Shown here: one piece after another, positions 1-11,291 of the stretch
Layout of the letters: each line of letters begins with the position of its first letter
How positions within the stretch are numbered: the first letter of the stretch is position 1
Source: Auanema rhodensis
Taxonomy: Eukaryota; Animalia; Nematoda
Direction: 5' to 3'
Length of the DNA stretch: 64,000 nucleotides
Assembly: GCA_964057225.1 (NCBI GenBank)
Contig: CAXKVF010000076.1
Coordinates: forward strand, 1-64,000
Notes under the pieces: generated by a model
Databases searched by the model: none
Told to the model about the DNA's origin: nothing
What the model saw: the letters and a program-made list of their open reading frames with translations, nothing else
Program-made: the position numbers and the translations under genes

Positions 1-3000
1 GTGAACTTTAATTTATGCTAATTAAATGTACACGTGATGTGCACTTGGTATGTAACTCGCTTCACGTGAAAGATAAAGAGATGCGGTTTTCAAAATTAGA
101 TTCCCCATGTCCATATTAGTCTAAAAACAAATTTTTATTGATATTGGTTCATGGTAACCATGACTTTGAAATTTACGTGAACTTTAATTTATGCTAATTA
201 AATGTACACGTGATGTGCACTTGGTATGTAACTCGCTTCACGTGAAAGATAAAGAGATGCGGTTTTCAAAATTAGATTCCCCATGTCCATATTAGTCTAA
301 AAACAAATTTTTATTGATATTGGTGAATGGTAACCATGACTTTGAAATTTACGTGAACTTTAATTTATGCTAATTAAATGTACACGTGATGTGCACTTGG
401 TATGTAACTCGCTTCACGTGAAAGATGAAGAGATGCGGTTTTCAAAATTAGATTCCTCATGTCCATATTAGTCTAAAAACAAATTTTTATTGATATTGGT
501 TCATGGTAACCATGACTTTGAAATTTACGTGAACTTTAATTTATGCTAATTAAATGTACACGTGATGTGCACTTGGTATGTAACTCGCTTCACGTGAAAG
601 ATAAAGAGATGCGGTTTTCAAAATTAGATTCCCCATGTCCATATTAGTCTAAAAACAAATTTTTATTGATATTGGTGCATGGTAACCATGACTTTGAAAT
701 TTACGTGAACTTTAATTTATGCTTATTAAATGTACACGTGATGTGCACTTGGTATGTAACTCGCTTCACGTGAAAGATAAAGAGATGCGAATTTCAAAAT
801 TAGATTCCCCATGTCCATATTAGTCTAAAAACAAATTTTTATTGATATTGGTTCATGGTAACCATGACTTTGAAATTTACGTGAACTTTAATTTATGCTA
901 ATTAAATGTACACGTGATGTGCACTTGGTATGTAACTCGCTTCACGTGAAAGATAAAGAGATGCGGTTTTCAAAATTAGATTCTCCATGTCCATATTAGT
1001 CTAAAAACAAATTTTTATTGATATTGGTGAATGGTAACCATGACTTTGAAATTTACGTGAACTTTAATTTATGCTAATTAAATGTACACGTGATGTGCAC
1101 TTGGTATGTAACTCGCTTCACGTGAAAGATGAAGAGATGCGGTTTTCAAAATTAGATTCCTCATGTCCATATTAGTCTAAAAACAAATTTTTATTGATAT
1201 TGGTTCATGGTAACCATGACTTTGAAATTTACGTGAACTTTAATTTATGCTAATTAAATGTACACGTGATGTGCACTTGGTATGTAACTCGCTTCACGTG
1301 AAAGATAAAGAGATGCGGTTTTCAAAATTAGATTCCTCATGTCCATATTAGTCTAAAAACAAATTTTTATTGATATTGGTTCATGGTAACCATGACTTTG
1401 AAATTTACGTGAACTTTAATTTATGCTAATTAAATGTACACGTGATGTGCACTTGGTATGTAACTCGCTTCACGTGAAAGATAAAGAGATGCGGTTTTCA
1501 AAATTAGATTCCCCATGTCCATATTAGTCTAAAAACAAATTTTTATTGATATTGGTGCATGGTAACCATGACTTTGAAATTTACGTGAACTTTAATTTAT
1601 GCTTATTAAATGTACACGTGATGTGCACTTGGTATGTAACTCGCTTCACGTGAAAGATAAAGAGATGCGAATTTCAAAATTAGATTCCCCATGTCCATAT
1701 TAGTCTAAAAACAAATTTTTATTGATATTGGTTCATGGTAACCATGACTTTGAAATTTACGTGAACTTTAATTTATGCTAATTAAATGTACACGTGATGT
1801 GCACTTGGTATGTAACTCGCTTCACGTGAAAGATAAAGAGATGCGGTTTTCAAAATTAGATTCTCCATGTCCATATTAGTCTAAAAACAAATTTTTATTG
1901 ATATTGGTGAATGGTAACCATGACTTTGAAATTTACGTGAACTTTAATTTATGCTAATTAAATGTACACGTGATGTGCACTTGGTATGTAACTCGCTTCA
2001 CGTGAAAGATGAAGAGATGCGGTTTTCAAAATTAGATTCCTCATGTCCATATTAGTCTAAAAACAAATTTTTATTGATATTGGTTCATGGTAACCATGAC
2101 TTTGAAATTTACGTGAACTTTAATTTAGGCTAATTAAATGTACACGTGATGTGCACTTGGTATGTAACTCGCTTCACGTGAAAGATAAAGAGATGCGGTT
2201 TTCAAAATTAGATTCCCCATGTCCATATTAGTCTAAAAACAAATTTTTATTGATATTGGTGCATGGTAACCATGACTTTGAAATTTACGTGAACTTTAAT
2301 TTATGCTTATTAAATGTACACGTGATGTGCACTTGGTATGTAACTCGCTTCACGTGAAAGATAAAGAGATGCGAATTTCAAAATTAGATTCCCCATGTCC
2401 ATATTAGTCTAAAAACAAATTTTTATTGATATTGGTTCATGGTAACCATGACTTTGAAATTTACGTGAACTTTAATTTATGCTAATTAAATGTACACGTG
2501 ATGTGCACTTGGTATGTAACTCGCTTCACGTGAAAGATAAAGAGATGCGGTTTTCAAAATTAGATTCCCCATGTCCATATTAGTCTAAAAACAAATTTTT
2601 ATTGATATTGGTTCATGGTAACCATGACTTTGAAATTTACGTGAACTTTAATTTATGCTAATTAAATGTACACGTGATGTGCACTTGGTATGTAACTCGC
2701 TTCACGTGAAAGATAAAGAGATGCGGTTTTCAAAATTAGATTCCCCATGTCCATATTAGTCTAAAAACAAATTTTTATTGATATTAGTTCATGGTAACCA
2801 TGACTTTGAAATTTACGTGAACTTTAATTTATGCTAATTAAATGTACACGTGATGTGCACTTGGTATGTAACTCGCTTCACGTGAAAGATAAAGAGATGC
2901 GGTTTTCAAAATTAGATTCCCCATGTCCATATTAGTCTAAAAACAAATTTTTATTGATATTGGTTCATGGTAACCATGACTTTGAAATTTACGTGAACTT

Positions 3001-6000
3001 TAATTTATGCTAATTAAATGTACACGTGATGTGCACTTGGTATGTAACTCGCTTCACGTGAAAGATAAAGAGATGCGGTTTTCAAAATTAGATTCCCCAT
3101 GTCCATATTAGTCTAAAAACAAATTTTTATTGATATTGCTTCATGGTAACCATGACTTTGAAATTTACGTGAACTTTAATTTATGCTAATTAAATGTACA
3201 CGTGATGTGCACTTGGTATGTAACTTGCTTCACGTGAAAGATAAAGAGATGCGGTTTTCAAAATTAGATTCCCCATGTCCATATTAGTCTAAAAACAAAT
3301 TTTTATTGATATTGGTGCATGGTAACCATGACTTTGAAATTTACGTGAACTTTAATTTATGCTAATTAAATGTACACGTGATGTGCACTTGGTATGTAAC
3401 TCGCTTCACGTGAAAGATAAAGAGATGGGGTTTTCAAAATTAGATTCCCCATGTCCATATTAGTCTAAAAACAAATTTTTATTGATATTGGTTCATGGTA
3501 ACCATGACTTTGAAATTTACGTGAACTTTAATTTATGCTAATTAAATGTACACGTGATGTGCACTTGGTATGTAACTCGCTTCACGTGAAAGATAAAGAG
3601 ATGCGGTTTTCAAAATTAGATTCCCCATGTCCATATTAGTCTAAAAACAAATTTTTATTGATATTGGTTCATGGTAACCATGACTTTGAAATTTACGTGA
3701 ACTTTAATTTATGCTAATTAAATGTACACGTGATGTGCACTTGGTATGTAACTCGCTTCACGTGAAAGATAAAGAGATGCGGTTTTCAACATTAGATTCC
3801 CCATGTCCATATTAGTCTAAAAACAAATTTTTATTGATATTGGTTCATGGTAACCATGACTTTGAAATTTACGTGAACTTTAATTTATGCTAATTAAATG
3901 TACACGTGATGTGCACTTGGTATGTAACTCGCTTCACGTGAAAGATAAAGAGATGCGGTTTTCAAAATTAGATTCCCCATGTCCATATTAGTCTAAAAAC
4001 AAATTTTTATTGATATTGGTTCATGGTAACCATGACTTTGAAATTTACGTGAACTTTAATTTATGCTAATTAAATGTACACGTGATGTGCACTTGGTATG
4101 TAACTCGCTTCACGTGAAAGATAAAGAGATGCGGTTTTCAAAATTAGATTCCCCATGTCCATATTAGTCTAAAAACAAATTTTTATTGATATTGGTTCAT
4201 GGTAACCATGACTTTGAAATTTACGTGAACTTTAATTTATGCTAATTAAATGTACACGTGATGTGCACTTGGTATGTAACTCGCTTCACGTGAAAGATAA
4301 AGAGATGCGGTTTTCAAAATTAGATTCCCCATGTCCATATTAGTCTAAAAACAAATTTTTATTGATATTGGTTCATGGTAACCATGACTTTGAAATTTAC
4401 GTGAACTTTAATTTATGCTAATTAAATGTACACGTGATGTGCACTTGGTATGTAACTCGCTTCACGTGAAAGATAAAGAGATGCGGTTTTCAAAATTAGA
4501 TTCCCCATGTCCATATTAGTCTAAAAACAAATTTTTATTGATATTGGTTAATGGTAACCATGACTTTGAAATTTACGTGAACTTTAATTTATGCTAATTA
4601 AATGTACACGTGATGTGCACTTGGTATGTAACTCGCTTCACGTGAAAGATAAAGAGATGCGGTTTTCAAAATTAGATTCCCCATGTCCATATTAGTCTAA
4701 AAACAAATTTTTATTGATATTGGTTCATGGTAACCATGACTTTGAAATTTACGTGAACTTTAATTTATGCTAATTAAATGTACACGTGATGTGCACTTGG
4801 TATGTAACTCGCTTCACGTGAAAGATAAAGAGATGCGGTTTTCAAAATTAGATTCCCCATGTCCATATTAGTCTAAAAACAAATTTTTATTGATATTGGT
4901 TCATGGTAACCATGACTTTGAAATTTACGTGAACTTTAATTTATGCTAATTAAATGTACACGTGATGTGCACTTGGTATGTAACTCGCTTCACGTGAAAG
5001 ATAAAGAGATGCGGTTTTCAACATTAGATTCCCCATGTCCATATTAGTCTAAAAACAAATTTTTATTGATATTGGTTCATGGTAACCATGACTTTGAAAT
5101 TTACGTGAACTTTAATTTATGCTAATTAAATGTACACGTGATGTGCACTTGGTATGTAACTCGCTTCACGTGAAAGATAAAGAGATGCGGTTTTCAAAAT
5201 TAGATTCCCCATGTCCATATTAGTCTAAAAACAAATTTTTATTGATATTAGTTCATGGTAACCATGACTTTGAAATTTACGTGAACTTTAATTTATGCTA
5301 ATTAAATGTACACGTGATGTGCACTTGGTATGTAACTCGCTTCACGTGAAAGATAAAGAGATGCGGTTTTCAAAATTAGATTCCCCATGTCCATATTAGT
5401 CTAAAAACAAATTTTTATTGATATTGGTTCATGGTAACCATGACTTTGAAATTTACGTGAACTTTAATTTATGCTAATTAAATGTACACGTGATGTGCAC
5501 TTGGTATGTAACTCGCTTCACGTGAAAGATAAAGAGATGCGGTTTTCAAAATTAGATTCCCCATGTCCATATTAGTCTAAAAACAAATTTTTATTGATAT
5601 TGGTTCATGGTAACCATGACTTTGAAATTTACGTGAACTTTAATTTATGCTAATTAAATGTACACGTGATGTGCACTTGGTATGTAACTCGCTTCACGTG
5701 AAAGATAAAGAGATGCGGTTTTCAAAATTAGATTCCCCATGTCCATATTAGTCTAAAAACAAATTTTTATTGATATTGGTTCATGGTAACCATGACTTTG
5801 AAATTTACGTGAACTTTAATTTATGCTAATTAAATGTACACGTGATGTGCACTTGGTATGTAACTCGCTTCACGTGAAAGATAAAGAGATGCGGTTTTCA
5901 AAATTAGATTCCCCATGTCCATATTAGTCTAAAAACAAATTTTTATTGATATTGGTGCATGGTAACCATGACTTTGAAATTTACGTGAACTTTAATTTAT

Positions 6001-9000
6001 GCTTATTAAATGTACACGTGATGTGCACTTGGTATGTAACTCGCTTCACGTGAAAGATAAAGAGATGCGAATTTCAAAATTAGATTCCCCATGTCCATAT
6101 TAGTCTAAAAACAAATTTTTATTGATATTGGTTCATGGTAACCATGACTTTGAAATTTACGTGAACTTTAATTTATGCTAATTAAATGTACACGTGATGT
6201 GCACTTGGTATGTAACTCGCTTCACGTGAAAGATAAAGAGATGCGGTTTTCAAAATTAGATTCTCCATGTCCATATTAGTCTAAAAACAAATTTTTATTG
6301 ATATTGGTGAATGGTAACCATGACTTTGAAATTTACGTGAACTTTAATTTATGCTAATTAAATGTACACGTGATGTGCACTTGGTATGTAACTCGCTTCA
6401 CGTGAAAGATAAAGAGATGCGGTTTTCAAAATTAGATTCCCCATGTCCATATTAGTCTAAAAACAAATTTTTATTGATATTGGTGCATGGTAACCATGAC
6501 TTTGAAATTTACGTGAACTTTAATTTATGCTTATTAAATGTACACGTGATGTGCACTTGGTATGTAACTCGCTTCACGTGAAAGATAAAGAGATGCGAAT
6601 TTCAAAATTAGATTCCCCATGTCCATATTAGTCTAAAAACAAATTTTTATTGATATTGGTTCATGGTAACCATGACTTTGAAATTTACGTGAACTTTAAT
6701 TTATGCTAATTAAATGTACACGTGATGTGCACTTGGTATGTAACTCGCTTCACGTGAAAGATAAAGAGATGCGGTTTTCAAAATTAGATTCCCCATGTCC
6801 ATATTAGTCTAAAAACAAATTTTTATTGATATTGGTTCATGGTAACCATGACTTTGAAATTTACGTGAACTTTAATTTATGCTAATTAAATGTACACGTG
6901 ATGTGCACTTGGTATGTAACTCGCTTCACGTGAAAGATAAAGAGATGGGGTTTTCAAAATTAGATTCCCCATGTCCATATTAGTCTAAAAACAAATTTTT
7001 ATTGATATTGGTTCATGGTAACCATGACTTTGAAATTTACGTGAACTTTAATTTATGCTAATTAAATGTACACGTGATGTGCACTTGGTATGTAACTCGC
7101 TTCACGTGAAAGATAAAGAGATGCGGTTTTCAAAATTAGATTCCCCATGTCCATATTAGTCTAAAAACAAATTTTTATTGATATTGGTTCATGGTAACCA
7201 TGACTTTGAAATTTACGTGAACTTTAATTTATGCTAATTAAATGTACACGTGATGTGCACTTGGTATGTAACTCGCTTCACGTGAAAGATAAAGAGATGC
7301 GGTTTTCAACATTAGATTCCCCATGTCCATATTAGTCTAAAAACAAATTTTTATTGATATTGGTTCATGGTAACCATGACTTTGAAATTTACGTGAACTT
7401 TAATTTATGCTAATTAAATGTACACGTGATGTGCACTTGGTATGTAACTCGCTTCACGTGAAAGATAAAGAGATGCGGTTTTCAAAATTAGATTCCCCAT
7501 GTCCATATTAGTCTAAAAACAAATTTTTATTGATATTAGTTCATGGTAACCATGACTTTGAAATTTACGTGAACTTTAATTTATGCTAATTAAATGTACA
7601 CGTGATGTGCACTTGGTATGTAACTCGCTTCACGTGAAAGATAAAGAGATGCGGTTTTCAAAATTAGATTCCCCATGTCCATATTAGTCTAAAAACAAAT
7701 TTTTATTGATATTGGTTCATGGTAACCATGACTTTGAAATTTACGTGAACTTTAATTTATGCTAATTAAATGTACACGTGATGTGCACTTGGTATGTAAC
7801 TCGCTTCACGTGAAAGATAAAGAGATGCGGTTTTCAAAATTAGATTCCCCATGTCCATATTAGTCTAAAAACAAATTTTTATTGATATTGGTTCATGGTA
7901 ACCATGACTTTGAAATTTACGTGAACTTTAATTTATGCTAATTAAATGTACACGTGATGTGCACTTGGTATGTAACTCGCTTCACGTGAAAGATAAAGAG
8001 ATGCGGTTTTCAAAATTAGATTCCCCATGTCCATATTAGTCTAAAAACAAATTTTTATTGATATTGGTTCATGGTAACCATGACTTTGAAATTTACGTGA
8101 ACTTTAATTTATGCTAATTAAATGTACACGTGATGTGCACTTGGTATGTAACTCGCTTCACGTGAAAGATAAAGAGATGCGGTTTTCAAAATTAGATTCC
8201 CCATGTCCATATTAGTCTAAAAACAAATTTTTATTGATATTGGTTCATGGTAACCATGACTTTGAAATTTACGTGAACTTTAATTTATGCTAATTAAATG
8301 TACACGTGATGTGCACTTGGTATGTAACTCGCTTCACGTGAAAGATAAAGAGATGCGGTTTTCAAAATTAGATTCCCCATGTCCATATTAGTCTAAAAAC
8401 AAATTTTTATTGATATTGGTTCATGGTAACCATGACTTTGAAATTTACGTGAACTTTAATTTATGCTAATTAAATGTACACGTGATGTGCACTTGGTATG
8501 TAACTCGCTTCACGTGAAAGATAAAGAGATGCGGTTTTCAAAATTAGATTCCCCATGTCCATATTAGTCTAAAAACAAATTTTTATTGATATTGGTTAAT
8601 GGTAACCATGACTTTGAAATTTACGTGAACTTTAATTTATGCTAATTAAATGTACACGTGATGTGCACTTGGTATGTAACTCGCTTCACGTGAAAGATAA
8701 AGAGATGCGGTTTTCAAAATTAGATTCCCCATGTCCATATTAGTCTAAAAACAAATTTTTATTGATATTGGTTCATGGTAACCATGACTTTGAAATTTAC
8801 GTGAACTTTAATTTATGCTAATTAAATGTACACGTGATGTGCACTTGGTATGTAACTCGCTTCACGTGAAAGATAAAGAGATGCGGTTTTCAAAATTAGA
8901 TTCCCCATGTCCATATTAGTCTAAAAACAAATTTTTATTGATATTGGTTCATGGTAACCATGACTTTGAAATTTACGTGAACTTTAATTTATGCTAATTA

Positions 9001-10420
9001 AATGTACACGTGATGTGCACTTGGTATGTAACTCGCTTCACGTGAAAGATAAAGAGATGCGGTTTTCAACATTAGATTCCCCATGTCCATATTAGTCTAA
9101 AAACAAATTTTTATTGATATTGGTTCATGGTAACCATGACTTTGAAATTTACGTGAACTTTAATTTATGCTAATTAAATGTACACGTGATGTGCACTTGG
9201 TATGTAACTCGCTTCACGTGAAAGATAAAGAGATGCGGTTTTCAAAATTAGATTCCCCATGTCCATATTAGTCTAAAAACAAATTTTTATTGATATTAGT
9301 TCATGGTAACCATGACTTTGAAATTTACGTGAACTTTAATTTATGCTAATTAAATGTACACGTGATGTGCACTTGGTATGTAACTCGCTTCACGTGAAAG
9401 ATAAAGAGATGCGGTTTTCAAAATTAGATTCCCCATGTCCATATTAGTCTAAAAACAAATTTTTATTGATATTGGTTCATGGTAACCATGACTTTGAAAT
9501 TTACGTGAACTTTAATTTATGCTAATTAAATGTACACGTGATGTGCACTTGGTATGTAACTCGCTTCACGTGAAAGATAAAGAGATGCGGTTTTCAAAAT
9601 TAGATTCCCCATGTCCATATTAGTCTAAAAACAAATTTTTATTGATATTGGTTCATGGTAACCATGACTTTGAAATTTACGTGAACTTTAATTTATGCTA
9701 ATTAAATGTACACGTGATGTGCACTTGGTATGTAACTCGCTTCACGTGAAAGATAAAGAGATGCGGTTTTCAAAATTAGATTCCCCATGTCCATATTAGT
9801 CTAAAAACAAATTTTTATTGATATTGGTTCATGGTAACCATGACTTTGAAATTTACGTGAACTTTAATTTATGCTAATTAAATGTACACGTGATGTGCAC
9901 TTGGTATGTAACTCGCTTCACGTGAAAGATAAAGAGATGCGGTTTTCAAAATTAGATTCCCCATGTCCATATTAGTCTAAAAACAAATTTTTATTGATAT
10001 TGGTTCATGGTAACCATGACTTTGAAATTTACGTGAACTTTAATTTATGCTAATTAAATGTACACGTGATGTGCACTTGGTATGTAACTCGCTTCACGTG
10101 AAAGATAAAGAGATGCGGTTTTCAAAATTAGATTCCCCATGTCCATATTAGTCTAAAAACAAATTTTTATTGATATTGGTTCATGGTAACCATGACTTTG
10201 AAATTTACGTGAACTTTAATTTATGCTAATTAAATGTACACGTGATGTGCACTTGGTATGTAACTCGCTTCACGTGAAAGATAAAGAGATGCGGTTTTCA
10301 AAATTAGATTCCCCATGTCCATATTAGTCTAAAAACAAATTTTTATTGATATTGGTTCATGGTAACCATGACTTTGAAATTTACGTGAACTTTAATTTAT
10401 GCTAATTAAATGTACACGTG
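1..10420. repeat. 176-bp tandem satellite array, left arm (59 full monomers plus 36 bp)
   Basis: The unit GTGAACTTTAATTTATGC...GACTTTGAAATTTAC recurs at 1, 177, ... 881 (5x176+1), ... 10385 (59x176+1) with no phase shift. About 32% GC (56/176 by hand count). Confidence 0.99.
10416..10420. repeat. Target-site duplication, left copy (ACGTG)
   Basis: Monomer positions 32-36 appear on both sides of the insert. The array phase shift is 871 = 866 + 5. Confidence 0.8.
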
Positions 10421-10919
10421 TTCGGACGTTTATTGTTCAGTATTACAGGTTTTAACGTTTAGTATAGTACGAAAAGATATGCATTAGTTCCTTACAATAT
10501 GAACATAAAGATAATAACATAAAAAATTACAAATATAGTGAAGTATAGTTAGAAAAAGAGTGTTAGGGTTGCAGTTAGCTCATCATACCTATCCGCATAT
10601 GCATCGTATATGTCAACGTCTCTTTTTTAAGCAGGGGTTTGTTCAGTTTGAGAAACTGACCTCTCTTTAAAAGCTAACCAGGTGCGGTGGAACTTAGAAA
10701 TAAGTCAAGCCCGTTCTGGAAGTCAGAGGTAACTAGCACCCGGTCCGTATGGCTAATGCCCATAAGATTCGATGGTGAAGTAACAGTGAGAAAAAGTATG
10801 GGTAAAGAGGATAGTTGATCAAATGACACATAGACGAGGATAATAGAAGAGTTGCAATAACCCAAATAGTACAGAGCAAGTAAAAGAAACAATTGAAATA
10901 AACATGATTAATATTAATA
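10421..10919 (-). other. LINE 3' UTR (~500 nt) with a central hairpin cluster at ~10596-10764
   Basis: Lies between the ORF2 stop codon and the 3' junction. Pyrimidine/U-rich flanks on the sense strand surround a more GC-rich core with several inverted repeats. Confidence 0.7.
10429..10434 (-). promoter_or_regulatory. Putative polyadenylation-like signal AATAAA at the element 3' end
   Basis: The minus strand ends ...CTGAAC-AATAAA-CGTCCGAA at the target junction. No poly(A) tract follows. Confidence 0.55.
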
Positions 10920-11286
10920 TTAATCTAAAAGGAAAATACTCAGATGTTTTCGAAAGCTGCTGATTCTTTCTAGACAAACAATGTTGTTTGGAATTGAGTT
11001 CCATGTATTGATGGCTCGATATTCGATGCCTTTTCTGGACTGAGTTTTCCTTAGATTAGGAAATTCAATAGTCCATGGATGCCGTCTAAGACTATGTGAG
11101 TGGTTTCTGAGTGAAAAAAGACTATCTGTAATAGTTGATTTAATTTGTTTGAAATAAAAAAGCAAATCAAAAATTTGTCTTCTGAAAGCTAGTTCTTCAC
11201 TCCCTAAGAAAGAGAGTTGATCTTTGTATTTTAAGTTCAAACCAGATCGCATGAAAACAGCACGCAAAAATTTTTTTTGTATTTTT
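10920..11286 (-). pseudogene. C-terminal fragment (~121 aa) of LINE ORF2 (region downstream of the reverse transcriptase core), reading frame intact to TAA
   Basis: KIQKKFLR...YKDQLSFLGSEELAFRRQIFDLLFYFK...LRRHPWTI...RKGIEYRAINTWNSIPNNIV...ISSFRKHL follows, in order and spacing, the CR1-type pattern VQRRFT...YxxRLxxLGLxxLxxRRxxxDLxxxYK...TRGHxxKL...RxxFFSxRVxxxWNxLPxxxV...SLxxFKxxL. The RT catalytic and endonuclease domains are absent. Confidence 0.85.
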
Positions 11287-11291
11287 ACGTG
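11287..11291. repeat. Target-site duplication, right copy (ACGTG)
   Basis: Junction reads ...TGTATTTTT|ACGTG|ATGTGCAC, duplicating 10416-10420. Part of it could be junction microhomology. Confidence 0.8.

Larger units (their letters stand above)
10421..11286 (-). mobile_element. 5'-truncated non-LTR retrotransposon (LINE), CR1/L2-like, 866 bp
   Basis: The only non-satellite sequence in the window. The minus strand encodes a typical CR1/L2 ORF2 C-terminus, then a 3' UTR with AATAAA 8 nt from the end. It is flanked by an ACGTG direct repeat, begins abruptly mid-ORF, and has no LTRs or terminal inverted repeats. The clade call is from motif recognition, not a database search. Confidence 0.88.

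Noticed and set aside
50-90. CENP-B box in the monomer
   Set aside because: The TTCG-n4-A-n2-CGGG pattern is not present on either strand.
10563-10568. TTAGGG telomeric hexamer
   Set aside because: Single copy, expected by chance.
10437-10586. Possible C/D-box snoRNA on the minus strand (ATGATGA at 10586-10580, CTGA at 10440-10437) or a hammerhead core
   Set aside because: No convincing terminal stem or guide sequence, and the hammerhead CUGANGA/GAAA core with flanking stems is not present. Short motifs like these are expected by chance.
10677-10744. tRNA-like cloverleaf or SINE head
   Set aside because: A closing stem exists, but arm lengths, the anticodon arm and the T-loop/B-box consensus do not fit a tRNA. 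Kept only as a generic structured region.
10674-10892. 72-aa minus-strand ORF (MFLLLALYYLG...) with a hydrophobic N-terminus
   Set aside because: It lies in the U-rich LINE 3' UTR, where Leu/Phe/Ile/Ser richness follows from base composition. No recognisable domain. A small ORF3 cannot be fully excluded without comparing other copies.
10819-11004. 61-aa minus-strand ORF
   Set aside because: Alternative frame overlapping the ORF2 C-terminus and UTR, with no recognisable motif.
10421-11286. Solo LTR or DNA transposon/MITE interpretation (5-bp TSD)
   Set aside because: No TG...CA termini and no terminal inverted repeats. The insert begins mid-ORF with LINE ORF2 C-terminal motifs.
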